A DNA stretch of 64,000 nucleotides. Origin: an uncultured Candidatus Saccharibacteria bacterium. Lineage in GTDB: Bacteria > Patescibacteriota > Minisyncoccia > Phycocordibacterales > UBA918. The position numbers and the translations under genes were made by a program. Numbering within the stretch: the stretch's first letter is position 1; each line of letters starts with the position of its first letter. Below, one piece after another: positions 32,211 to 42,450 of this stretch. The notes under the pieces were generated by a model, which was not told where the DNA came from, did no database searches, and saw nothing but the letters and a program-made list of their open reading frames with translations. Where the stretch lies: contig CAYGJY010000001.1 of NCBI GenBank assembly GCA_964350645.1, forward strand, positions 326,648 to 390,647, written 5' to 3'.

Positions 32211-32477
32211 TTAAGCAAACTTAATTACGAACGCTACAACCAAGGCAAAAATAGCCAACGCTTCCACGAAAACGATACCAAGAATCATAGTACTTTGTAC
32301 CTTTGCGGCTGCTTCTGGGTTGCGACCAATCGCTTCAAGCGCTTTAGAAACAAGGATACCGATACCGATACCTGGGCCCATAACTCCGAGTCCGGCTGCA
32401 AGAGCCATAGCGATTGCTTTAATTGAGTCTGCACTCATTTGTGACGCCTGTAGCGCCAATTCCATTTCTGGTGACAT
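32211..32477 (-). CDS. atpE: ATP synthase subunit c (H+-type)
   Basis: GPGIGIG, RNPE, FVEALAIF. Confidence 0.97.
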   Translation of the reverse strand: MSPEMELALQASQMSADSIKAIAMALAAGLGVMGPGIGIGILVSKALEAIGRNPEAAAKVQSTMILGIVFVEALAIFALVVAFVIKFA

Positions 32478-32563
32478 AATATAGTTGTTTTAGATAATAA
32501 TGATAGCTAGAAGCTAACGAACAAGTACGAACCACGCGTCTCCGCGAGATTCGTGATTATTCA

Positions 32564-33340
32564 CTAGTGCGGCTCTGCTACAGCTAACTTGATAAAAATC
32601 AGGGTTAAGAAAGCAAATACTCCAGCCTGGATAAAGCCAACAAACACCTCATACGCTAAGATCGGCACCGGTAGCAGGAGTGGTACAAAGAACATCGCCA
32701 CTACTAAGAGCGTTTTACCGGCAAAAATGTTACCGAAAAGACGAAATGAGAATGAAACAAGGCGTCCAATCTCACTAATGAGCTCAATAATACCAACTAA
32801 GAAGTTAAGCGGCGATGAAAAGTTAATGAATTTTCCTCCATATTTCCACGCACCAAGAGCCACAATACCAGCAAATTCAATCACGAACATCGCCACAAGC
32901 GCAAAGGCAATGGCAATATTAAGGTCAGTAGCTGGTGGATATAAAAAAGGAATAAAGTGTGATTCCTCACCATGACCAGCATAGTAGCCAATTGACGTCA
33001 CCCCCGGCAAGAGACCGACCCAGTTCATCACGAGGAGAAACAGGAAGATAGTCATCAAAACCGGGAAGTATTTTCGAGCCAGGTCTTTGCTCTCAAGGGT
33101 TGTTTCAACATAGTTATATGCCCCACCTACCAAAGCCTCAATAGCACTCTGAAACTTGTTTGGGACAAGTTTCAATCGACTTTTCAGAAGAACAGCAATA
33201 ACAATCAGAATCAGCATCGCAAGCCAGGTTGTTATCAGTGTCGCCGTAATTGGCACACCAAATACCTCACCCACAATGTATGGATTGAGTTTCACAGAGA
33301 TTCCCTCGGCGGCATGTGCTGTCTGTACTAGTGAAAACAT
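32564..33340 (-). CDS. atpB: ATP synthase subunit a
   Basis: SFSFRLFGNIFAG, IQAGVF. Confidence 0.97.
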   Translation of the reverse strand: MFSLVQTAHAAEGISVKLNPYIVGEVFGVPITATLITTWLAMLILIVIAVLLKSRLKLVPNKFQSAIEALVGGAYNYVETTLESKDLARKYFPVLMTIFLFLLVMNWVGLLPGVTSIGYYAGHGEESHFIPFLYPPATDLNIAIAFALVAMFVIEFAGIVALGAWKYGGKFINFSSPLNFLVGIIELISEIGRLVSFSFRLFGNIFAGKTLLVVAMFFVPLLLPVPILAYEVFVGFIQAGVFAFLTLIFIKLAVAEPH

Positions 33341-33591
33341 AGTTCAAGCAAGCGCTCAGTATAAACTGCGTGCATTTCAGCAATTCAAGACAAATGAAAA
33401 TGTAAACATCCTATTCTGTTTACAACTCTGATTGTCCGAAATTGCACTGTATGCGGCAGATACCTCACCTGCGTCCGCAGAGTAACACACTTTTAGTAAA
33501 AAATAAATAGTTTATCTGGGGGTTTTAAACTGCGTATGTACACAACTTTATCGAACAAATAAGGTATTATGCTACATACTAAAACTTTACT

Positions 33592-34938
33592 ATGTCATTT
33601 GATCACCTCAACACAATTTATCGTAGTTTTGACATTCGTGGCAAATACCCTGAAGAAATTACTGAAGATGAGGTTAAGAAAATTGGACAGGTGCTCGTAC
33701 AAAAGTATTCACTAAAACGGATTGCGATTGGTCGAGATATTCGCCCATCAGCCAATTCTTTATTTGTAGCCCTGGCTGAAGGTATCACAGCACAAGGAGC
33801 TGATGTGATCGATCTTGGCCTAACAACAACTCCCATGACATACTTCATGGCTGCATCCGATATGATCGACGCAACAATTATGATCACTGCTTCGCACATG
33901 CCATCTGAGTATAACGGGCTAAAGATTACCACCAAGGACGCCATTCCACTCTCAGCAGAAGTTATCCAAGAGATTCGTACTATTGTTGGTGAGCATACGT
34001 ATTCTGAAGTAGAAACGCATGGTCAGATCGAAAGTCATGCCATGCAACCAGCGTGGATAGCACATTTCAAAAAGCAACATAATCTCACTGGAGCTGGTCT
34101 CTCTATTGTAATTGATCCCGCTAATATGATAGGTGCGCTTGAAGTTGCTACCTTTAGAGCTTTTGAACCTGATCTTCACGTAGCTACTATATTTGACACC
34201 TTCGACCATACCTGCCCAAACCACGAAGCTAACCCAGTAAAACACGAGACTCTTGTCGATCTTGGCGAAGCTGTCCGTTGCCAAATGGCTGACATTGGAA
34301 TTGCCTTCGATGGTGATGCTGATCGAGTTGGCTTTGTCGATGAAACTGGCACACCAATTCCTTCAGACATAATTGGTATATTATTGGCGCGACAAGTACT
34401 TGAGCGCTATCCAAAAACAACGGTTGTGTATGACATCCGCTCGACCAGAGCTTTACCTGAGTTTGTTGAACACCATGGAGGAAAAGCTCTTATGAATAGG
34501 GTTGGCCATAGTTTTATAAAAGATACAATGAGAAAGAACGACGCAGCTCTTGGAATTGAACTATCTGGCCACTTCTTCTTTAAAGACTCATTATTTGCAG
34601 AAGGTGGACCACTGCCTGCTTTTATGATCTTAGAACTCATGAACACCACAGGTAAAAAACTCTCAGAGTTAGTCGCTGAAGTGACCAAATACCATCACAG
34701 CGGTGAGATAAACAGCGAAATTTTGAGAAAGCCTGAAGAAATATACACCGAACTGAAACATACATTTGCTGAAGCGACTTTTGATACCACTGACGGACTT
34801 TTAATAAAAACTGATACGTGGTGGTGCAATGTTCGACCATCCGCTAACGATCCAGTCATGCGACTTAATCTCGAGGCTGATACTAAGGAGTTGATGGCTG
34901 AGAAAAGAGACGAAGTCTTGAAGATAGTACGAAGTTAA
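33592..34938 (+). CDS. Phosphomannomutase/phosphoglucomutase
   Basis: FDIRG, ITASH(M)P, FDGDADR, ELSGH, RPSANDP. Confidence 0.93.
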   Translation: MSFDHLNTIYRSFDIRGKYPEEITEDEVKKIGQVLVQKYSLKRIAIGRDIRPSANSLFVALAEGITAQGADVIDLGLTTTPMTYFMAASDMIDATIMITASHMPSEYNGLKITTKDAIPLSAEVIQEIRTIVGEHTYSEVETHGQIESHAMQPAWIAHFKKQHNLTGAGLSIVIDPANMIGALEVATFRAFEPDLHVATIFDTFDHTCPNHEANPVKHETLVDLGEAVRCQMADIGIAFDGDADRVGFVDETGTPIPSDIIGILLARQVLERYPKTTVVYDIRSTRALPEFVEHHGGKALMNRVGHSFIKDTMRKNDAALGIELSGHFFFKDSLFAEGGPLPAFMILELMNTTGKKLSELVAEVTKYHHSGEINSEILRKPEEIYTELKHTFAEATFDTTDGLLIKTDTWWCNVRPSANDPVMRLNLEADTKELMAEKRDEVLKIVRS

Positions 34939-34977
34939 TTTAGTGGCTGATCCAAAACCTCCAGCTGCCGCACTCAG

Positions 34978-35025
34978 AGATACAAAAGTCGCCTGATGCT
35001 AAAGCATCAGGCGACTTTTGTATCT
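34978..35025. terminator. Bidirectional terminator, perfect 23-bp arms, between convergent PMM gene and tRNA-Ala
   Basis: AGATACAAAAGTCGCCTGATGCT-AA-AGCATCAGGCGACTTTTGTATCT. Confidence 0.85.
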
Positions 35026-35026
35026 G

Positions 35027-35099
35027 TGGACTCGACAGGACTTGAACCCGCTACCTCCTCAGTGCAAATGAGGCGCTCTACCAGATGAGCTACGAGCCC
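35027..35099 (-). tRNA. tRNA-Ala(TGC), CCA not encoded
   Basis: GGGCTCG/CGAGTCC acceptor stem with G3:U70; CCTCA-TT-TGC-AC-TGAGG anticodon arm; GGTTCAAGTCC T arm; discriminator A. Confidence 0.97.
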
Positions 35100-35186
35100 A
35101 AATTATCTTGGAGACAATTTTGTTGAGTAACATACTCATCTCCAGCTAAATTAGAAAGTAATATACTGACAAACTTAGTGGGCACT

Positions 35187-35215
35187 ATATTACTGATTGT
35201 CTAGCGACAAGTCAA
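35187..35215 (-). promoter_or_regulatory. Sigma70 promoter upstream of tRNA-Ala
   Basis: TTGACT-17 bp-TAATAT. Confidence 0.55.
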
Positions 35216-35230
35216 TACGCATTCACCCAA

Positions 35231-35773
35231 TTACTGTAATTTCCAAGGTGTTTCAGTACCAATAGCGGTGAATTGAGCGTACTGTGCTGTCCCGTCTGGA
35301 AGCCATACAAACTCTTGTTTACTGATTGATGTTGTAACTGCTGAACCAGAAATTTTAATTGGTCGTATGACGTTATTTGCAACGTCATATATATAATCAG
35401 AACACTCTGCATCGTTGTTCATTTGTTGCTCACAATAATATATAAAGCGTCCATCTGGAGATACCTCATAAAAAGGTATTGCAGAATGAAAGCCTGGTCC
35501 TGGTTCGATTTCATCTGTCAATTTGCCAGAGACAACCGCCTCTTCTCCACCTAGTGTCGAAAACATTCCTGAGTCAGTGAACAATACACCGGCGACCGTG
35601 TTGTTGTTTGCTTCTACGTTATCAGTAGTAGTTTTGTATAGAGAAATTGGCACTGGTTCAGCAATAGTTACACTGCCTTCTGCAGGATCAAAACTGATTC
35701 CAAAAGCAATGTACGCAGTCGTAAAACCAATAATATAAGCGAGGACTAGAATAGCTACTTGTTCGTGTCTCAT
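35231..35773 (-). CDS. Membrane-anchored hypothetical protein
   Basis: N-terminal TM; SPDGRFIYY and WLPDG beta-propeller-like blades; start MRHEQ 6 nt after TATAAT. Confidence 0.65.
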   Translation of the reverse strand: MRHEQVAILVLAYIIGFTTAYIAFGISFDPAEGSVTIAEPVPISLYKTTTDNVEANNNTVAGVLFTDSGMFSTLGGEEAVVSGKLTDEIEPGPGFHSAIPFYEVSPDGRFIYYCEQQMNNDAECSDYIYDVANNVIRPIKISGSAVTTSISKQEFVWLPDGTAQYAQFTAIGTETPWKLQ

Positions 35774-35811
35774 AGCAAAATTATACAACACCCGAACTAA
35801 CGAGTGAGTAC

Positions 35812-36120
35812 TTATACACGCGTAGTTGGTTTTAGCTGATCAATTTTTTCTAAAAGTTTTACATCGCGCACCGTTAAACCTTTCGCCTCATGCGTCGTTA
35901 ACTTAACTGTGACTTTCTGATACGAGTATAGAATCTCAGGATGATGTTGCTGTACCTCAGCATGTACAGTGACACGTGCGATAAACACAAGTGCTTCAAC
36001 GTGTGACGGAAATATAATCGATATTTTCAAAATCTTATTGTTAGCTGAAGCAGTCCAATCAGGATATTTTTTCAGTACTTTTTCAACTGCATGTTTTGTT
36101 AAAAGAGACAGTTTTTTCAC
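35812..36120 (-). CDS. Pterin-4-alpha-carbinolamine dehydratase family
   Basis: AEVQQHHPEI...LTTHEAKGLT.RD. Confidence 0.88.
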   Translation of the reverse strand: MKKLSLLTKHAVEKVLKKYPDWTASANNKILKISIIFPSHVEALVFIARVTVHAEVQQHHPEILYSYQKVTVKLTTHEAKGLTVRDVKLLEKIDQLKPTTRV

Positions 36121-36205
36121 TTATGTAATAGTACTGGTATCCTTGATCATTTTGTATTACTACTGTGAGTAACTTTTTTACAATTGTCTGTGTATACTTA
36201 TATAA

Positions 36206-36898
36206 ATGTCCGAAATCACGCTCACAATCTTACCTGGCTGGATGCACACAAGTTCAAGCTGGCAAACTATTGTGCGTGAACTTAGCAAAACCATTCCAAC
36301 AACAGAGGTAATCGATATACCTGGGTTTGGTGTATCACCACTAATAAGAAAACAACAGTCATATCAAGAGGTGCTGCACTGGATGAAGCAACAACTTCCC
36401 ACAAATGCCAGCAAACATATCCTAATCGGGCACTCGTTTGGTGGTCGTCTAGCACTGGATATGGTGGCAAAAAATCAGTCAGATTATGCTGGTTTAGTAC
36501 TCATTGCGGCGCCGGTTATTTACCGGCCACCTCTTGCAGTTACACTAAAAAAATTACTTGCCAAACTCATTTCCCCCCTTTTTCCGATAATACCGAAACG
36601 GTGGCGTGCTCGATATCGTTCAGCAGATTACGAGCAAGCAGCCAACTCCCCCCTCCGGACTTTGTTTTTGGATGTAATCACGTATGACCAATCTGAGATG
36701 CTCAAAAAATTATCGCTCCCAGTCTTGATCCTCTGGGGTGATCAAGATAAACAAGCTTCACCAACTTTAGTTGCTGAACTTGTAAAACTGATGCCACACG
36801 CAACAGTATCTATAATCAAAAATTCTGGACACGATCTACATCTTGAGAAACCAGCTTTACTCAGCGCAACCTTGCTGCAATATGTCAAAACTATATAA
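36206..36898 (+). CDS. Alpha/beta hydrolase
   Basis: DIPGFG, GHSFGG nucleophile elbow, WGDQD, GHDLH. Confidence 0.9.
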   Translation: MSEITLTILPGWMHTSSSWQTIVRELSKTIPTTEVIDIPGFGVSPLIRKQQSYQEVLHWMKQQLPTNASKHILIGHSFGGRLALDMVAKNQSDYAGLVLIAAPVIYRPPLAVTLKKLLAKLISPLFPIIPKRWRARYRSADYEQAANSPLRTLFLDVITYDQSEMLKKLSLPVLILWGDQDKQASPTLVAELVKLMPHATVSIIKNSGHDLHLEKPALLSATLLQYVKTI

Positions 36899-38189
36899 AC
36901 TTCTTTTTCCAATTAAAGACTTCCTATATATCTTACAACTCGAAGAGTATGATCATCGTCGCTACATATTGCAGGTTAGCAAAAGATTTTTTAAGCGCTC
37001 TTTTGAGAAACGCTCCAAGCTTCGGTTTACTGGCAGAATCTATCTAATTCTCTTTTTTTACTTGCTTCTCTCTTTTTTTATTCTTAGCATTACTCTGTAT
37101 TTCTTCGGTCTAATAACTTCCATCGCACTAATAGCTGTCTATGTGTTTAGCACGCCGCTTACGCTCGGATTAGTTTCTTGTATCATTGGACCATGTATTT
37201 TTTTAGTTCGAGCTCAAAAACTAAGACGTACCCATGCCTGGTTTAAGAAAACATATCCAGCTACAAAAATTATTGCTATTACCGGTAGTTACGGGAAAAC
37301 AACCACAAAATATGCTCTACAATCACTCTTAACCTACAGTTTCAAAACAGCTATCGTGCCCGAGAATATCAATACCACCCTAGGTATTTCAGACTATCTT
37401 TTGTCTAGTAATATCCCGCGTGATACTGAGTATCTTATCGTTGAAATGGGTGCCTATCGCCGTGGCGATATCAAAGAAGCTGTCTCACTGCTTCCACCAG
37501 ACATTTCAATTATTACCTGCCTAGGTGATCAACACCTTGAACGTTTTGGCTCATTTGAAAATCTGGTGACAGGAAAAAATGAAATTTTTTCCTGCGCACC
37601 TCAAGGAGCAGTTCGTTTTGCTGACCAGAACACTCTAGCAACACTCAGGAAACATAGCAAAAAAACCGACAATATAGAGGTGGTGCAATCGACAACCACG
37701 AACGCGAACCTAGCTCTTGCTACTGCTGTTGCTCGACACCTACATGTATCAGAATCTCTTATTTCTGATGCACTTCAAAACTTTGTTTCACCTGAACGGC
37801 GAGATCAAACCTATGAACTAAATGGTGTCACGATCATTGATAACTCTTATAACATTAGTCCACAAACCGCTCGCTACATAATAGAAAAAGCTGCCACAGC
37901 TGCAATCACTGAAAACAAAAAACTCGTTGTCCTAACCGCGGGTATTGCTGAACAAGGCAACGAGAGTAATCAAGTAAATCAAGATCTTACTACACTCATT
38001 AACAACTACGCTGCCCGTGCCATCCTTCTGCCTAGTTGTTATATGCCAAGCATCAAATCAAAGCTCACTATTCCAGTAACAGAAATCGAGTTTGCTCTTG
38101 CCGTTCTGCATAATATTACCGACTTTGTCGACAGAGACTCAGAGGTACTACTCCAACTACCAGAGCACACTGATCTTGTTTATTTTTAG
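36882..38189 (+). CDS. murF: MurF-like Mur ligase with N-terminal TM segments
   Basis: ITGSYGKTTTK, NINTTLG, VEMGA, QHLERFGS, IIDNSYN. Confidence 0.75.
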   Translation: MSKLYKLLFPIKDFLYILQLEEYDHRRYILQVSKRFFKRSFEKRSKLRFTGRIYLILFFYLLLSFFILSITLYFFGLITSIALIAVYVFSTPLTLGLVSCIIGPCIFLVRAQKLRRTHAWFKKTYPATKIIAITGSYGKTTTKYALQSLLTYSFKTAIVPENINTTLGISDYLLSSNIPRDTEYLIVEMGAYRRGDIKEAVSLLPPDISIITCLGDQHLERFGSFENLVTGKNEIFSCAPQGAVRFADQNTLATLRKHSKKTDNIEVVQSTTTNANLALATAVARHLHVSESLISDALQNFVSPERRDQTYELNGVTIIDNSYNISPQTARYIIEKAATAAITENKKLVVLTAGIAEQGNESNQVNQDLTTLINNYAARAILLPSCYMPSIKSKLTIPVTEIEFALAVLHNITDFVDRDSEVLLQLPEHTDLVYF

Positions 38190-39331
38190 CTGGCTAAGAA
38201 TTTACTGACGATATCAGTTTGATACGACACGACAGTATTTTTATTTGAGTGCCGGCGTTGAGCATCTTCAAGTGACTTAGTAATCTGTTCAGTAAATTGT
38301 TCCCCAGCTGGCTCCCATAAATAAAAAGACATGGAACCGGGAATTGGATTAATTTCTGTACAGTACAATCGGTCGCTATGATACATAAAGTCAATCCGCA
38401 CGAGACCAGCCAACCTGGTTGCTCGGTAGACCTTTTTTGCCGTGTCTGTAATTTCCTTTTTAAGCTCACTCGAAATATCAGCCGGTACAGTACGATCTAA
38501 TAACTGCATTCCGCCACCAATTTTTTTACCACTCTTCCCACCTGTTTTTTTACTACCATTGGCATATTTATCGTCAAACGACAACATATCACCTTCACGT
38601 TTTGGTTCTTCGATCGGTGAAACTTCAAGACCAGAATCACTACTGCGTACAGAGGCATTGTACTCAGTGAAGTCTGATAGGGCTGGTTCAATTAAGACTT
38701 CAGAATCTACCCGTGTAGCTACGTTGAGATACTTTTCAAGATCAATCTCATTTTTAGCAATTTCAATACCAATACTTGAGCCGAGATGAACTGGTTTAAT
38801 AATCACCGGAAATGCAAATTCTGCTTGTATCTTAGTCAAAATTGTAGCTGTTTCAAACTGATACTCAGCCGAGTTAACTATCAAGCTATCAAGAACGGAA
38901 ATATCGTTGGCTCGAAGTACTTGCTTTGTTAATGCTTTATTCATCGCAATAACCGAACCTTCAGAGGATGGTGATGTGAACGGCACACCAAGAATTTCCA
39001 ACATTCCTTGAACACCACCAGATTCTCCTGTGCCACCGTGAAAACCAAGATACACACAATCCAGCTTATGTCGCTTACCAAACAAACCTCGCTCAATCAT
39101 AAATACTTCATCGCCAACTTTCTCAAACACTACTGGCACTCTCTTTTTTTGTAAAAAATCTTTGCGGGCTGAAAATCCTTTAATGAAAAAAGGATGATTT
39201 TCTTTATCAAAATATACAAACAACGGCCTAAACTCTGTTTGATCAATCGCTTCAACTACTTGAATACCAGTAATAATTGATACTTCGTGTTCATACGATT
39301 CACCTCCACAAAATACTGCAACTTGTTTCAT
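38186..39331 (-). CDS. ddl: D-alanine--D-alanine ligase
   Basis: GGESYEHEVS, HGGTGESG, KPVHLGSSIGI, SFDDKY, RIDF, EINPIPGS. Confidence 0.88.
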   Translation of the reverse strand: MKQVAVFCGGESYEHEVSIITGIQVVEAIDQTEFRPLFVYFDKENHPFFIKGFSARKDFLQKKRVPVVFEKVGDEVFMIERGLFGKRHKLDCVYLGFHGGTGESGGVQGMLEILGVPFTSPSSEGSVIAMNKALTKQVLRANDISVLDSLIVNSAEYQFETATILTKIQAEFAFPVIIKPVHLGSSIGIEIAKNEIDLEKYLNVATRVDSEVLIEPALSDFTEYNASVRSSDSGLEVSPIEEPKREGDMLSFDDKYANGSKKTGGKSGKKIGGGMQLLDRTVPADISSELKKEITDTAKKVYRATRLAGLVRIDFMYHSDRLYCTEINPIPGSMSFYLWEPAGEQFTEQITKSLEDAQRRHSNKNTVVSYQTDIVSKFLAS

Positions 39332-39333
39332 AG

Positions 39334-40305
39334 TTATAACCTGCACGAAGCAGTAGTGATTAATACTTCTAATACATCGTTACTAGTTCCGCCAACCGCC
39401 GCTACTCCAGCCATAAAAGGTGACTGACGAGCCAAGGATGGAATGGTATTGATTTCGAGAAAATACACATCACCCTGATCAGTCACACGGAAATCGGAGC
39501 GTGAAATCTGGTCGCATCCGAGCAACTTGTGTATGCGTGCTGTTATACTTTCAACTTCATCTTTTGCAGTAACATCTATCTCAGCTGGCACCCGCTTTTC
39601 AGCTGCGACACCATCAACTTGAGATTTCTCAACAGCGATAATCTGCACCGGTGGAAACGTGTAATCAACTTTACCCCGAAAAGAGCTTAAATAACCACAG
39701 GTTACATCACGCCCGGTTATGTATTCTTCTACAAGTACTTGTTCATACACCAACAGGCTAGTCTCAAGACCGTTAATAAGATTCTTCAAACCTTCAACGT
39801 ACATGACTCCAAGTGAGGAACCACTCGATACTGGTTTGATGACATACTGTGGACCAAACAGTGTGTAAATCGTACTAGCAATACGACTGAGATTAGTAGC
39901 ACTTTCTCGTGAAACGCGCATGTGACGCGGCATACGTACACCAGCTGATTGCAGCCGTTCTTTAGTAGCCATTTTATTGAAGCCAAGTGCCGAAGCCATT
40001 GCGCCACTACCAATGTACGGCGTCCCATGGCGTGATATGAGGCGCTGTACTGTACCATCCTCACCATAAGCTCCATGAGTAGCCAAAACGACAACATCAA
40101 GCGTATCGAGGATCTGTGCTGGAGCTTTAACAATACCATTTTGCAACCACTCCCCACCTTTTGTGATAATAATGTCCACTACATCATATGAAGTATTCTG
40201 CAAATAAGACAAGACATCCTGTCCTGATGTCATCGAAAGCTGGTACTCCTCGCTCGGTCCTCCCCTGAAAACAGCTAAGCGTTTTTTGTCAGTTAAAATG
40301 CCCAT
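39334..40305 (-). CDS. Second Ddl-like ATP-grasp ligase with degenerate omega loop
   Basis: GGPSEEY, HGAYGEDG, KPVSSGSSLGV, RSDF, LEINTIPS; no YxxKY. Confidence 0.8.
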   Translation of the reverse strand: MGILTDKKRLAVFRGGPSEEYQLSMTSGQDVLSYLQNTSYDVVDIIITKGGEWLQNGIVKAPAQILDTLDVVVLATHGAYGEDGTVQRLISRHGTPYIGSGAMASALGFNKMATKERLQSAGVRMPRHMRVSRESATNLSRIASTIYTLFGPQYVIKPVSSGSSLGVMYVEGLKNLINGLETSLLVYEQVLVEEYITGRDVTCGYLSSFRGKVDYTFPPVQIIAVEKSQVDGVAAEKRVPAEIDVTAKDEVESITARIHKLLGCDQISRSDFRVTDQGDVYFLEINTIPSLARQSPFMAGVAAVGGTSNDVLEVLITTASCRL

Positions 40306-40326
40306 ATCGCATCAAATTATATCACG

Positions 40327-41190
40327 TTACTTTTTAGCACGATTTTTTACATCTACGATCTTTTGATCACCATACACGCCAGTCAACAAATCAATATCTT
40401 TGTCTGTTTCTGAAAGTAATTTGATATTGTAATCAGCCATCGCCTGTAGCAAATCCTGACCAAGTGGGTCGTTGGTATTCAAATACATTTCTCTAAAGGC
40501 CTCAAAATCTTTGATGAAACAATGTCCGCCAGCTCCACGACCACTTTTATGAACTGGTTCAGTATGACTTTGTCCAATACGAGGGTCATGAATCATTGCT
40601 TCTCGAACTGTTCTCCAGTCACCATCACTACATGCTATAAGATCGTGCAGTAAATTCATATACAACACCTTGGTCATTAAGAAGCAGTTGCCAGCGTACT
40701 TCACTAGTTCAGCATCGCGAGCAAGCATAATCCGTTGATACGGGGCATCCGGTAGAACGTTTAATACCTCCTGAGCTCGTGTACGGTATTCAACGGTATC
40801 CTCAGGAATACCGATAATATTGCGGTTTGGGTGTGCCGCATCATGTGCGGCAGTTAGCTCTACTAAAAATTCCGGACTGTGCATCACAAAAATATTAGGA
40901 TTTTCAGCCTGAATCGAAGCAGTCGTGCCTGGTGTGATCGTTGATTTAATCACTGCTGTCTTCCCTTCCCCGACCAAGGTAATAACAGCCCGAACAATTG
41001 AATCATCAAAACCTTCTGGTGTTGTCGGTGTCGGTACCGCAATAAACACAATGTCGCACTCAGCAATCTTATCTTTGTTGTGCGCAAACTCTGATTCTAG
41101 TGCATAGCGTACTGGAGCATAGCCGCGTGCCTCAAAGTCATTAGCATAATTACTACCAATCCATCCTTGTCCAATAAAGCCAATTTTCAT
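40327..41190 (-). CDS. UDP-glucose/GDP-mannose dehydrogenase family protein (no C-terminal domain)
   Basis: GQGWIG, AVPTP, IKST, SPEFL, AELVKY, GGHCFIKD. Confidence 0.85.
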   Translation of the reverse strand: MKIGFIGQGWIGSNYANDFEARGYAPVRYALESEFAHNKDKIAECDIVFIAVPTPTTPEGFDDSIVRAVITLVGEGKTAVIKSTITPGTTASIQAENPNIFVMHSPEFLVELTAAHDAAHPNRNIIGIPEDTVEYRTRAQEVLNVLPDAPYQRIMLARDAELVKYAGNCFLMTKVLYMNLLHDLIACSDGDWRTVREAMIHDPRIGQSHTEPVHKSGRGAGGHCFIKDFEAFREMYLNTNDPLGQDLLQAMADYNIKLLSETDKDIDLLTGVYGDQKIVDVKNRAKK

Positions 41191-41214
41191 ATATGTATTT
41201 TAACCTACTTTGTT

Positions 41215-42450
41215 CTACCTAAGTTTCGCTTTTCTACTTTTTTCACGATGATAGGTGATAGCAAACCGGTGTGACTCAGCGTTAGCTAGCAGAATCTCTT
41301 GTTCGTGCTCTGCTTTCATCTTAGCAGTTGCCAGAAGGCGAACTGGCCGGTGGCGGTCGTCTTTGACGACCGCCACCACTGGAATCACCAATCCCACCTT
41401 TTTGAGCACCCACTGAGCTGCATTCTTTTGTGCTGTGGAACCATCTACCACAAGAATCTGTGGAAACGGCCACTCTGGGTGCCGGAAGCGCCTTTCTAAA
41501 ACTTCTTTTAGTGCCCCCGGGTCATTACTTCCATGTACAGACTGGATTTTGAACTTCCTATACTCACTTTTTCTCGCTTCACCACCTTCAACAACCGTCA
41601 TCACACCAACCATGTCTTCTCCCTGAAGGTGGGCAATGTCATAAGCCTCAATCCGTAGCCGCCTGTCATCACGATAATGTTTCTTATCATCCTGAATCAA
41701 GGCGATATCTTGAATGTGCTGCAAAGCAAAAATTTTCTTTTTTATGATATGAGCAATTTCAAATTCTTCTATCTTAGCTAATCGCATCATATCTTTCTCA
41801 AGTTCTTTCAATAAGATATGTTTCTTACCCTCGAAAAACAACTTAATATGACGAATGGTTTTTAGGTATTCTTCTTTGCTCTGTTTTTCTGGGTAGAGAC
41901 CAATCTGGCGATTGAAGTCGATCTTGCCGCGGGCCATTTTAGTCTTCTCTGCTCCGACCGGAATACTCGTGTCATAGTATTTAAATAGTTTGCGAACAAT
42001 TTTTAACGCTTCGCGAAAAAGTTGTCCACTCGGAAATGGTCCAAAGTGATACTTTATTTCATGCTCAGTATACTGCTCAGTTAGATCCTTACCACGTACA
42101 ACCAATACCCGTGGGTACTCTTCGTTGGTAATAATAAGATGATTGAAACTTTTATCATCTTTTGAAAGAGTATTATATCTGGGCTTATGCGAACGAATCA
42201 GGTTAGTCTCAAGAATCAGCGCCTCAAGTGTACTGTCAGTTTCTGTCCACTCAACTGTTTTTGCTTTTCCCACCATTTGCCCAATCAATTCAGAACGCTT
42301 TTCTCCTACATCAGCTGAAAAATAGCTTCGCACGCGATTGCGTAGCGAAGTTGCCTTACCGATGTATAAAATCTCCTTCTTACCCCCAAGAAAAAAGTAG
42401 ACTCCCGGAACATCGGGCAGTTTCTTCTTTGCTAAATCAGTTTTGTTCAT
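41215..42450 (-). CDS. uvrC: Excinuclease ABC subunit C, short form
   Basis: PGVY...YIGKATSLRNRVRSYF, RIEAYDIAH, VDG, ESHRFAITYHR; no HhH tail. Confidence 0.9.
   Translation of the reverse strand: MNKTDLAKKKLPDVPGVYFFLGGKKEILYIGKATSLRNRVRSYFSADVGEKRSELIGQMVGKAKTVEWTETDSTLEALILETNLIRSHKPRYNTLSKDDKSFNHLIITNEEYPRVLVVRGKDLTEQYTEHEIKYHFGPFPSGQLFREALKIVRKLFKYYDTSIPVGAEKTKMARGKIDFNRQIGLYPEKQSKEEYLKTIRHIKLFFEGKKHILLKELEKDMMRLAKIEEFEIAHIIKKKIFALQHIQDIALIQDDKKHYRDDRRLRIEAYDIAHLQGEDMVGVMTVVEGGEARKSEYRKFKIQSVHGSNDPGALKEVLERRFRHPEWPFPQILVVDGSTAQKNAAQWVLKKVGLVIPVVAVVKDDRHRPVRLLATAKMKAEHEQEILLANAESHRFAITYHREKSRKAKLR

Noticed and set aside
32211-33490. Na+-ATP synthase with a Na+ riboswitch
   Set aside because: Subunit c lacks the Na+-binding signature, and I cannot match the leader to a known riboswitch.
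34978-35099. Integrative element at tRNA-Ala
   Set aside because: No integrase and no duplicated tRNA 3' end seen; only a terminator follows the tRNA.
38186-40305. VanA-type glycopeptide resistance cluster
   Set aside because: No vanH, vanX or vanRS genes; the first Ddl keeps the KY typical of D-Ala-D-Ala ligases.
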